A stretch of DNA of 63,737 nucleotides, counting the filler, from Chrysochromulina tobinii (taxonomy: Eukaryota): NCBI GenBank assembly GCA_001275005.1. It is 6 parts of 6 records of this genome, joined end to end, with 100 filler letters (N's around TTAATTAATTAA, not from the genome) between each part and the next. Parts side by side here need not be neighbours in the genome. Positions count along the whole stretch, not along the records: positions 1 to 15,775 come from JWZX01000890.1; positions 15,876 to 26,335 come from JWZX01000891.1; 4 more parts are not named here. One strand, written 5' to 3'. The translations under genes were made by a program, and so were the position numbers. Below the pieces are notes generated by a model. The model was not told the DNA's origin, did not search any database, and worked only from the letters and a program-made list of their open reading frames with translations. Of this stretch, positions 10,699-20,779 are shown in pieces. Position 1 is the stretch's first letter. Each line of letters opens with the position of its first letter.

Positions 10699-12489
10699 AT
10701 GGCGTCGCGCAGCAGCACGCCCATTGCTGCTGGCCGTCTCGCAATGGAGCAAGGTGCAAATCAAACTGGAGCTTGCACGGCCATTCTCGAGGAGCAACTC
10801 AGCCGAGTGGCATGCATCGCTGGCGTCAATTTTGGCTGCCGTGACGGCGTCGTGTGGGCCCAGCGGTGCCGTGGCCGATTCTCCTGCAAGGAAGTTGGCG
10901 TCTCTTTTCTGTGTGGCTGGCCAATAACAGGAGAAGAGAGACGGTGCCGTTGCGACGGCCAGGAGACCTGGTCTGCGACAGCTTGCCTTGCCAATGTCGG
11001 AGCTACGGTTCGTACAAGGTCTCCTCCCCCCCAAGGCGTGCTGCTGAAGAGTACACGTATCGCAAGTGGCTCAGACTGTTCAACAGCCGCGCGCATTGCC
11101 ATCGGCTTCTTTGGCGCCATGCGCTCGATCACCCTTGTAGCACGCAGCATCCGCACCAATCTGCTAGCGCCCCTGCGCAAAGCAGGAGGCGTAGATGTGT
11201 TTGCATATGGTCTCACGGGCTCCGACATTTACGAGAGCTCTGGTCCACTGCGTCCACTGCTTCGGAACGCTCAAAATCGATCGGTGTTCTCGTTGCTGAT
11301 TCGTGACAGCAATGATGCGGCCTGCCAGGGGCTTCAGTCTCCAGATGCTGCGTGTGGCCGTGCTACTCTTCAAAGGTACCTCCGCCCTTGCCGTGCCCAA
11401 GTCGAACTTCAAGCCGACATCGATCGCCGCTATCGCTTCGAGGAGAGAGCACGCTGTGACGTGAAAGCTCGAGCAGCTCAGAATTCAGGTTATAACACTC
11501 GGCAGCTCCTGAACATCTACCGCGAGCGCTACAGTCTTCGTGAGGTGTGCATGGAATGTGCATGGCACGAAGCTTCAAGCATCCAGAGCCCTCCGCGTAT
11601 AGCGCCCCCCTGGGGCGTTACCCGGGGCGCTCTCGCCCTGTCCAAGCGCGCTCCCACCCTCTCCCCCCTGCTAGGGCTGGCTCTCGCACCTTGAGCAGGC
11701 GTGCCCCACAGCAGTATTGTGCTACATGCTCCGCTACACAGTATCGTGCAACCGTTCACAGCTCCGCTTGACGCCCGCTGTGTGTGTCCGCAGGTCGGCC
11801 GCCTCGTGCAGGCACACCAGCGTCAGATGCGCCGAGAGTACGCTTACGTCTGCTTGACTCGACTGGACGTAGCACCGATGACTCCGTTCCCGTGGACGAG
11901 GACCTTGGAGATGATGGCGGGCACGCAGCAGATCGCCTTTCCGAACAGCCAGTTTTGGGGTGGCGTCAACGATCGCTTCGCTCTTGGCCCTGGCCCGTTA
12001 ATGCTGAATACTTTGGCTTCTCAGTTCGACATTCAACATGCCAACGACGACCCCTTCATCTTTCACGACAAAGCAATCACCTCAGAATATGCGCTCTGTG
12101 CACACCTGAGCAGAGCTCGCTTGAACATAAGCATCGTCCCCCTGCCGCTCTGCTTGCTGCGAGTTCGACCGAACCGGGAAGCTGTCATGTGCGACGTGGA
12201 TCCGCACCCAGTCCTCTGCACCTCTTCATTTTCTGGCATAGGTGGCCTAGCTGCCGGCTTTGGGCACGGCGATGCTCGTCGTGGGGGAGTGCCTGATCGG
12301 CTTGCATGCCTCACTCCGCCGCGAGGCTCCTACTCGGATGTTATCTGGCACCCGGGTAGTCGTCAGAGTGGCTGCGATGCCGACTTGATGCATAAGGGGG
12401 TCGAGCAAGAGAAGTGGAAGCCCGTGTACGAGATGAACTCGTGCCTGCCAGGGGTTCAAGGCTGCCCGCGGCCGGCCAGATTTGCTTGA
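10699..12489 (+). CDS. Two-exon gene (10699-11544, 11794-12489): DUF3011-like Cys-rich N-terminal domain + glycosyltransferase-like domain
   Basis: A phase-0 intron 11545-11793 (GAG|GTGTGC...CCGCAG|GTC) joins the two ORFs in frame (YSLRE|VGRLV..YAYVCLTRLD). Motifs IAIGFFGAMRS, DVFAY, TRLD and WGGVNDRFALG. N-terminal QLSRVAC..FGC..VW..CRGRFSC. Start uncertain. Confidence 0.6.
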
Positions 12490-13016
12490 TTTTGTACTTG
12501 CTGCTTTGGGGGCCACGTGTGGGGACCACGATCTCCGCGTCCGCGGTCCGGTCGCTGGCCCGGCCGTCGCGTGTTAGTGTACGCTGAGGTCGGGCTTTCA
12601 ATTTACAATTAGGTCGGTGACGGTGTGTTGAGTCTAACGATATGTTCCACGTGTTTTAGCGCATAGCGGATTTGGGATTTCGTCGTTTCTCGAGGTCGGG
12701 TCGGTTCGGTGTATAGGCCATAGTTTTGGTGTTGGGTCATGTCGCGCGTCGTCGCATGTCGTTACATTACATCATTGCCTCATGTCGCACGTGTATCGAG
12801 CGATGTACGGAGGTGCGGCGGTCCGATGATTGGGATGGCGTGTTTGGGCGCCACGGTCGGGTCAGGAGGACGAGACATGCAACGAGATCACATGGTTCAC
12901 ATCTGCACTGGGTGAGAACCGACATGGACCGACCGATCTTTGTAACATCCGCAGAGGCCGGAGATAGCGAGAGGGCCTATCGATGCGAGTTCTGCCATCA
13001 AGCCCCGCTGCCGCGC

Positions 13017-14321
13017 TCAGCGCAGCTGATCGCGTGCCTCCGAATCGGCAAGCTTGGTCGTCGCGGCCTCGAGCGCCCCTCGGAGCTTCGCGAGCAGTGG
13101 CGCGCCCTCCTTGCCACTCGCCTCGGCGGTCTCCTCACGCCCCTCGTCCTCGGCGAGCGCGATCGCGTGCCGGTACTCATCGCACGCCTCGAGTAGCCGG
13201 CCACACGCCTCAAGCGCTGCCGCGCGCCCTGCGTATGCCTCCGCCCAATCGGGCCACAAGCGGACCGCCGTCTCGCTGTGCTCGAGGGCACTGTCGCAGT
13301 ACCGCACGTTGTACGCGTCACGCTCCTTGGTCGATACGAGGCGGAGGCAGCACTCGCAGCACTGGGCGTGCAGCGTGCCGATCGCGCGGTCGCCACGCGG
13401 CGTCAGCTCCATGGCTGTGAACAGGTGCTCGAGTGCTGTCTCCCATTCACACTCAGCCATAGCCGCCTCGACACTCGCGACCGCCACCTGTCGCAGCCGC
13501 GGCGCACCGGGCACAGCATCGCTCTCCGTCGGCTGCATCGACTCGTACCACCAGCCCTCGAGTACGCGCGGCGGCAGCGCCTTGCTCGCCTCCTTCGCAA
13601 GCAGCTCCTTCTCGATGCGCTCGATTTGCTCTCGCGCGGTCTCCTCAGACACATTGTCGAGCCCAAGGGACTTGAGGAGCGCAGCCACATTTCCCAGCCC
13701 GCCGAGTGGTGCGCCCGACGCGCCCTTGGGCATGCCCGCGCCACCCGCGCCCGCGCTCTCGCCACCCGTTGCCGTCGGTGCCAGCCTTTTGTTCTCAAAG
13801 TTGAGCGCGTAGCTCGGCTCCGCTGCTGCTGCACACGGCAGCGCGCACGTCTTTCGGTGCGTGCCCCAGCTCATGCGCTGGCACTCGATGCCGCAGTACC
13901 ATTCAAATTTGCAGCGACTGCACCGCTTCGTCGCCGGCTTGGCGCAGCGCGCGCACTGCGGCTTGGAGGAGGCAGCGCTTGCGACGACGGGCGGCTGCGG
14001 CTGTGGTGTCGGCACGGTGTCGTCCACGCCCTCGAGGTCATCATCATCTTCATCCGCCTCACTCTCGTCCTCCTCGCCCGCGGCCTCCTCGTCACTCTCC
14101 TCCTCCTCACTCTCCTCCCGGTCACTCTCCTCCTCCTCCTCGCCTTCTGCATCCTCGCCTTCTGCATCCTCATGCTCCTGCTCTTTGTATGGCTCTTCCT
14201 TGCCGGATTCGTCCAACGCTTCCTGGACAGCACCATGCTTCAAGTCCACAGTGTGCGTGATGGTGGCACTCGACGTCTTGGTCGCGAGTGCCTCGTCGGT
14301 GATGTCCTCGATGAGCACCAT
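13017..14321 (-). CDS. MYND zinc finger + TPR domain protein
   Basis: CARCAKPATKRCSRCKFEWYCGIECQRMSWGTHRKTC is a canonical zf-MYND. C-terminal TPRs (ALEHSETAVRLWPDWAEAYAGRAAALEACGRLLEACDEYRHAIAL). Acidic N-terminal tract. Confidence 0.85.
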   Translation of the reverse strand: MVLIEDITDEALATKTSSATITHTVDLKHGAVQEALDESGKEEPYKEQEHEDAEGEDAEGEEEEESDREESEEEESDEEAAGEEDESEADEDDDDLEGVDDTVPTPQPQPPVVASAASSKPQCARCAKPATKRCSRCKFEWYCGIECQRMSWGTHRKTCALPCAAAAEPSYALNFENKRLAPTATGGESAGAGGAGMPKGASGAPLGGLGNVAALLKSLGLDNVSEETAREQIERIEKELLAKEASKALPPRVLEGWWYESMQPTESDAVPGAPRLRQVAVASVEAAMAECEWETALEHLFTAMELTPRGDRAIGTLHAQCCECCLRLVSTKERDAYNVRYCDSALEHSETAVRLWPDWAEAYAGRAAALEACGRLLEACDEYRHAIALAEDEGREETAEASGKEGAPLLAKLRGALEAATTKLADSEARDQLR

Positions 14322-14717
14322 CGGGTCTGAGAGGAAGGAAAAGGTGCTGTCCCCGCGTGAAAATCTTTTGGCCGTGGACGGCAAATCAAGTCAAGTCAAT
14401 TACATGAGCTCCTCTACCGGGGAGGCGCTCTGGGAGCGGGTGGAGGCAGGGTCGGGTTCGCTGGGGGCGGCCTCTTCTGAGTCGGCCGCGGGGAGCGGTC
14501 TGCTCCGGGCCTGCGGCTGTTGAGTCGGCCGCGGCTTCGGTCGTCGCGCTGACGTGCTGGGTGTGTGTTGTTGGAACTGGGTTTGGATGGTTGTGAGGTT
14601 CGTCTGTGTGGTCTGTGTGCCTTTGTGCGTCCGCGTGTCCCGTGTGTCCCGTGTGTGTCCCGGCTCCCCCCGGTGTCTTTTTACCCACAGGCACACGGAC
14701 ACACCGGTAACATGAGA

Positions 14718-14762
14718 AACGAGAAACGGGATGGGGAAGCCGGTGGTAGCACTCTAAACATT
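14718..14762. repeat. Dispersed ~45-bp repeat, copy 1 (probable mobile-element terminus)
   Basis: aaacgggatggggaagccggtggtagcactctaaacatt nearly matches 27820-27863 on a different contig. Confidence 0.75.
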
Positions 14763-14819
14763 ACCGGTACCCATCTCCATCGACTCCCGTGGTCCACCAC
14801 GTGGGAAAGAGTGACTACT

Positions 14820-15775
14820 TGAGTAGTAGTGAGTAACCTTAGACGTCGCACGCGGAGTGCGCAGAGAGCTACAACAGGCGAGCAGCCCCCGACTCACGCT
14901 TAAGGAAGAAAAGCGCGCTCGCGGAAAGCGATCGCAATTCCCCTAAGTGAAAGGCGAACGCGCGCCCGATTAGGAAATCGGGGCGCGGTGCCACGCTCCG
15001 GGGGCCGCAAGCCAGGACAAGGGCCACACACAGGGGGCACACACTAGCACAAGACGGTAGGGACCGTCTGACAGGGCAGCCTCCGAATAGCCTCAGGCAT
15101 TTCCTTCGGACGCCCCCCCCTCGACCATAGCGAGACCTACGAGCAGGGGCGAGAGCTTAGAAGGAGGAGATGCCTGATCGCGCTCGTTCATGAGGATCTT
15201 GCGAAAGGCGAAGAAGGCCGGTGCCGGAAGAGACTTGGTAAAGAAGTCGGCAACGTTTTCCTTGGTCGGAACGAATGGGACGTTGATCTCGAAGTTCTCA
15301 ACCATATCGCGCACAAAGAAGTGACGACGCGACACGTGCTTCATCCGGTCGTGGAGCTCGGGGTTGTATGAGACGTGCCGAGCGGCCGTGTTGTCCGTGC
15401 GGAGGTCAGTCGGGCCGCGAACCGCGGTCTTATCGAGGCCGGCGACGAACTTGCGGGAATAGACGACGTCCTTGGTAGCCTCGGAGAGCGCGATGAGTTC
15501 GGCCTCGCAAGACGAAAGAGCGACGCACTTCTGCTTGCGCGAACCCCAGGAAAGTGCCGCATTGCCCCACATGACGACCCAGCCGGAGGTGGAGTTGCGG
15601 ACTTCCCAAGAAGCGTCCGAGAATGCGTGCAGGTCAGTTTGTCCCGAATCGAAAGTGATGCCGACAGAGCGATGGCGCGCGAGGTACGCGATGATGCGAT
15701 CGGCCTCCTCCATCAGCTCGGGCGTGGGCTTGGCGAGACACTTGCAGAGCTGGTGGACGGGGTAGGCGATGTCGC
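14820..15775 (-). mobile_element. Ty1/copia LTR retrotransposon 3' end (end of RT, RNase H, PPT, putative 3' LTR), truncated by contig end
   Basis: Copia pol motifs (see the CDS entry) and polypurine tract GAGGGGGGGG on the minus strand at about 15113-15123. The ~290 bp downstream ends in ...ACTCA near 14820; the LTR boundary is inferred. Confidence 0.8.
15093..15775 (-). CDS. Copia polyprotein C-terminus (RT end + RNase H), partial
   Basis: DIAYPVHQL, FSDASW, STSG, SWGSRKQKCVALSSCEAELIA, DNTAA, KHVSRRHFFVRD and NVADFFTKSL are hallmark Ty1/copia RNase H motifs. Confidence 0.93.
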
Positions 15776-15875
15776 NNNNNNNNNNNNNNNNNNNNNNNNN
15801 NNNNNNNNNNNNNNNNNNNTTAATTAATTAANNNNNNNNNNNNNNNNNNNNNNNNNNNNNNNNNNNNNNNNNNNN
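15776..15875. other. Artificial contig-joining spacer
   Basis: N44-TTAATTAATTAA-N44, which places stops in all six frames. Confidence 0.98.
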
Positions 15876-18800
15876 CCGGCGGCCCGGGGGGATTCCCTCC
15901 TCCGGGCGCCGTGCCGCCCGTCGCGCGGCACGATCTGATCTCGCCCCTCCTCGATCCAGATGGCATGAGCGGCGGTGGTGTGGGCGGTGGTATGGGCGGC
16001 AGAGGGCGTGGGCGCGGGCGAGGCGGCGGACGGGGTGGCTTCTCCCCAACCATGCCTAATGCGCAGCGGCGCGCGCCGATGGCCACGATGATCTCGTCGC
16101 CGCGCGTGCCCGCGCCGACGATGGAGCCGAACCCATCGCACCAGCCGTCGCACCCATCGCACTCGGCCGCGGCCATGTCGCGAAAGCGGGCGGACATGAA
16201 CCAAGCGCTCGAGGCGGCGCGACTCGAGGCAAGCCGTCGCATGTGGCGCGCGAAATTGACCGCGCGCGCGCGAGAGCGCGAGCGGAGCACGAGCCGGCGC
16301 GCACGCTCGGGCTTCATCCGTCCACCGAGCGTCATGCCGGTTCAAGGGCGTATGCTCCACGATCCATACTCCCTGACGCTCGCGCCGTACGCACCGCCCG
16401 TAGCCGCGCCGCCGCCATTCACAGCGCCGCCGCCATTCACAGACCATGGTGTCGGCCCATGGGCGTACCGGTACTCGCATGATTGGCTGCATCGGGCGGT
16501 GCCGCAGGCCGCCCCCGTCTTGCTGCCGACGGGCGCCGTGACGGGCGCCGTCTTTGCGCCGCCGGGGCCGGGCACGGGCGCCGTGACGGGCGCCGCCTTT
16601 GCGCCAACGGGGCCGGGCATGGGCGCCGTGACGGGCGCCGCCTTTGCGCCGCCGGGGCCTGGCTTGGGCGGCAGCCTAAGCGGCGGCAGCTTCGGTACGG
16701 TCAGTCTGAGCTCGGAGGAGCGAGATCGAGTTCGCGCCGAGACGCTCGCTCTCGTGCGTCAACAGGTCGAGGCACGACTCAATGAGGTCAGCGCGTCCGA
16801 GGAGGCGCTCCTTGGCTGATTGCTGCTGATGACTCTCTGACAGCCTCTGATTGCTTTCCTCATCAGGTCAGCGCGTCCGAGGAGGCACTCCGCCGTCAAC
16901 GGCAGGCTGCCGAGCTGGCGCGGCAAGAGGCGTGGCAGCGCCATCAGCAGGCGTGGCTCGCCACCGAGGCCCGTCTGCAAGAAGAGAGCGAGGCGAAGGC
17001 AAAGGAGCTCGCCCAAATACATGCGAGGACGCGAGCGGAGGAGGAGGCCTCGATTGCCGCCGCGAAGCTCGCGGTGCTTGAGGACGGCGCCGAAGCCGCA
17101 CACGTCGCCGCCGAGCTTGCGATGTCTCCGCTGCGCCCGCGCCCGCCTTCGCCACAGGCCACCGCCGAGGTTATGGCGCACGCGCGCGTCGAGGCGGCCG
17201 CGGCGGAGAGTTCGCAAGCGCACCCCAATGCATGCGCGCGCGTCGAGGCGGCCGCGGCGGAGACGGCCGAGGCGCCGTTGCACGAGCGTACGGAGCGCCG
17301 TCCCGAGCACACGGCGCATGACGGGACAAGAGCGCCGACGGTGACTAGTGTGACCTTCGGCCCAGGCTCGTCGTCGGCGGCATGCACGTCCACTCCCGAA
17401 GATTACAGCCTGGCGGCCCTGTCCGCGCGCGAGGCGTTACCGGAGCGCTTTCGGGAGGAGGCGCCGCCACCAACCCCACAGCCTGCCTCGCCGCCGCCCG
17501 CGCTGCCGCCGCCCGCGCCGCAGCAGCCTGCCTCGCCGCAGCCCGCGCCGCCGCAGCCCGCGTTCGCAGCGGATGCGTCGATGGTGCAAGCCGTCGAGCG
17601 TGCTCTGGCTGCCGCCGCGGAGGCTGCCACGAGGGCGGAGCAAGCGGAGGCGCGCTCGCGCCGTCTCGAGCAGCAGATGCAACGCCTCGAGGAGCAGATG
17701 CAACTGCCGCCCCACACACACGAGCACGCTCGCGAGCACGCGCCGCCACCCACACACCAATTCACACATCAGCCGCCCATGGCAACCACCACAACGCCCC
17801 CCGTGTCGGACGCACCGCAGCCTGTGCTACAGCAGCCGCCGTCCTCACCTCCGATGGACGCCGCACTTGCTGCCGCCTTTACTGCCTTTGAAACCGAAGA
17901 GGGCTCCTTGCGGCCTTCTCCACGCGAGGCTCAGGAGCCGCCTTCTCTGGTGGCCTCCGAGCCGCCGCCGCAGCCAGCGCCGACGCAGCCAGCACCGACG
18001 CAGCCGGCGCCCGAGCCGCTGCGGCCGCCTGCCATCTCGTTGTCCTCACGATCACGAGCGGACCGCCCCCTAGAAGGGGCAGCCGAGCGGGCGGCGGCGC
18101 GCGCCGAAGCCGCCGAGCGGGCGGCGCAGGCAGTGGAGGCCGCCGCCGCTCAAGCGGAGACCGAGGCAGCAAGGGCTAAAGAGCAGTCTGACGCCGTGGC
18201 GGCGGTGGGCGCCAACGTCTTCGACTCGCCCGGCGTCGGTATGGCAGCAGTGGAGGCGGCGGAGGCGGCCAGGAAGACAGCTGCAGCGGAGCGGGTGGCT
18301 GCGGAGAGGGTCAAGTTTGCTGCGTACTCGGCACTGCTCTCTGCACGCTCTCTGCAGAAGGCGGCGGAGGAGCAGGCGGCGGCGGCGGAGAGAAAGGTGG
18401 CGGAGGAGAAGGCAGCAGCGGAGGTGAAGGCGGCGGAGGCGAAGGCGGCGGCGGCGGAGTTGAAAGCAGCGGCGGAGAGGGCAGCGGAAGAAAGGTTGGC
18501 GGCGGAGAGGGCCGCTGTAGCGGCGGAAGCGAAAGCGGCGGCGGAGCTGAAGGCGGCGGCCGAGAGTTTGGCAGCAGCAAAGGCGGCATCGGAGAAGGCG
18601 GCGGCACTCAGGGAAGAGGCGGCAACGGCTGTTGTGGCTCGGGCGAGGGCGGCGAGGGCCGACGGCGTCATGTTGCTCGACTTCAAGGGCGAGGGCGGTG
18701 GCGAGATCGATTCCATTGCCAAAGGCGCGCCAGTGTGGCAGATCGACCCGAACGCGTTCCGCGTGGGCGGCTGGGTGCAGGTGGTGACGGCCGAGGGCGA

Positions 18801-20052
18801 AGGCGGCTTTGTGCCTGAGGAATTCGTCGCATGGGCCGAGCGTGATGCGACGAAAGAGGCGCCGCCCGCCGCTCTGCTCAGCCCTCAAAGGTTGAAGCCC
18901 AAGTCCGCGTACCTCGAGGGGCTCGGCCGTGAAGAACGGGCGGCGGTGCTCATCGCCTCGGCTTCGCGCGGCATGCTCGGACGCAGCGAGTCGTTCTATC
19001 GGCGCATGGAGCTGCAGCAGGAGGAGGGGCTTGAGACAGAGGAGGAGGAGCCGCTGCCGCTGCCGCAGGCTCCCCCCGGGACTGCGTCTGACGGGTCGGC
19101 CATGCGCGTCCTCGTGGCGCTGGCCGAGTATACGGGCCAGCCCGACTCTGAGGAGGTCTCGCTCACGACTGGCATGCGTCTTCTGCAGCTCGAGCCGCCG
19201 GACGCCAACGGCTGGGTCGGAGTCGCGCCCATCACGGCGCCCGTGGGAGCAGTCAGCCCGCGACGCATGGCCGCGGGCTTCGCGCCTGCAACCTACCTGA
19301 CGGTGCTCGAGCCCGACGGCGTGATGCTCCTCGACTTTGAGCTCGAGGGAGATAGCGAGCTCCTCCAGATCGCCAAAGGCACGCCTGTGTGGATTGGGCA
19401 GATCGACCCGAACGCGTTCCGCGTGGGCGGCTGGGTGCAGGTGGTGACGGCCGACGGAAGGTGCGGCTCGGTGCCTGAGGAATTCGTCGCATGGGCCGAG
19501 CGTGATGCGACGAAAGAGGCGCCGCCGGCCGCTCTGCTCAGCCCTCAAAGGTTGAAGCCCAAGTCCGCGTACCTCGAGAGGCTCGGCCGTGAAGAACGGG
19601 CGGCGGTGCTCATCGCCTCGGCCTCGCGCGGCATGCTCGCACGCAGCGAGTCGTTCTATCGGCGCATGGAGCTGCAGCAGGAGGAGGGACTCGAGACAGA
19701 GGAGCCCCACGACTCCGCCGACGTGCTCGAGAGTGGACATCCCACAGGCTACGAGCCCAGATCGGTGCTCGAGAAGCAGCGGGTACTCTTCGCCGAGCAC
19801 CCTGTCCACAAGACGGGGGCCATGAGTGGGTTTGGCGCCTTTGAGCAGACCATGGTCGTTCAAGAGAGCAGTTCGCGCCCGCCCCGAGCCCTCGAGACTC
19901 TAGTGGCGGAGGCGCCGGCCGAGCGCGCTTCCCTCCATGCCTCTGTCCAGCCGCCGAGCAGGCGTGGCTCGCTCGTAACGTGCGGTGAGGACGAGCAATC
20001 GTGGGAAGACTATCTCGAACAAGCGGCAGAGGATGCGGAAGCATGGACGTAG
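15876..20052 (+). CDS. Large coiled-coil protein with three SH3-like domains and two IQ-like motifs; 5' end probably partial; intron 16787-16866
   Basis: Removing the 80-bp GT..CAG intron joins ORF 15911-16819 to the frame of ORF 17074-20052. SH3 signatures ALAEY..EVSL..GWVGV..GFAPATYL and twice LLDF..GWVQV..VPEEFV; IQ-like AAVLIASASRGML(G/A)R twice. Confidence 0.7.
18659..19703 (+). repeat. Internal near-identical duplication of an SH3+IQ module (about 18659-19045 and 19313-19703)
   Basis: The long DNA stretch gcagatcgacccgaacgcgttcc...gagctgcagcaggaggaggg occurs twice with few differences. Confidence 0.9.
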
Positions 20053-20779
20053 GTCTCGAAGGACGTAGGAGAGAGCGACGAGGTCGATACTAGGTCTAGG
20101 ATGAGAGGTCAGCACACACAGAACGACCACAGTGGACTTCAAGGGAGTAGGGAGCTAGGGACCGAACGGCGATGGATGCCACATCGATGGATGCACCGCG
20201 ACCGCCCGCCCCGGCGCCCGGGCGAAGCGTGCCAAGCGAGGGTACCGTAGAGCCCTAGAGAGTAGCGAGTGCGTTCGAAACCATCCGGCGCATCATGGTT
20301 GCTTCGAAATCATGTGTTCCGGAAATCGACGTGCTCGCCCCCGAAACGATCGCGCTCGCTTGATGTTCCTTACCCCTGTAGCCTGTTGAGGGTCAGGGTC
20401 GGTACCGAACCGACGACACACACGCAGCAGCTCCACGGCACCGCGACCCAAATAGGCACCTCCAAAGGCGCCTCGCGCTTGCTCATACCCCACCTCTCCC
20501 TCCCAGCCTCCCTAAACCAACCCGTACCCGACCTGAAGGGGCCGCTCAACATGCTATTGAAGGTTCAAGTTCAAGCAAGCTAATAAGGATTGTGCATGCT
20601 TGCTTGCTTGTTCAAGTTCTGGTAAAGTTCTACAGTAGAAGAAACTTGTCATGTGAGACGTAACGGCGTTTTGGATGTGATGACGACGAGCACGCAAAGG
20701 CGTGCGCGATCTTGAGACCCGTGCGGAGGGGGCGACGCCCGTGTGGGGCGGGGCGACTTTCCACGGCACGGCGGCACTC

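Noticed and set aside
13017..14321. Idea that this MYND-TPR gene is the split-off MYND half of the ZMYND10 fusion at 46256-49603
   Set aside because: The two genes are on different contigs and MYND fingers are common; nothing in the sequence links them.
15776..15875. Identical TTAATTAATTAA motif within N runs, five times in the window
   Set aside because: Artificial six-frame-stop linker used to concatenate contigs; not biological. ORFs ending in ...LIN or X runs are artefacts.
18070..19863. 597-aa minus-strand ORF and many other long antisense or alternate-frame ORFs (e.g. 25076-26209, 28597-29865, 34544-35530)
   Set aside because: Shadows of GC-rich genes whose real frame carries recognisable domains; stop codons are rare at this GC content.
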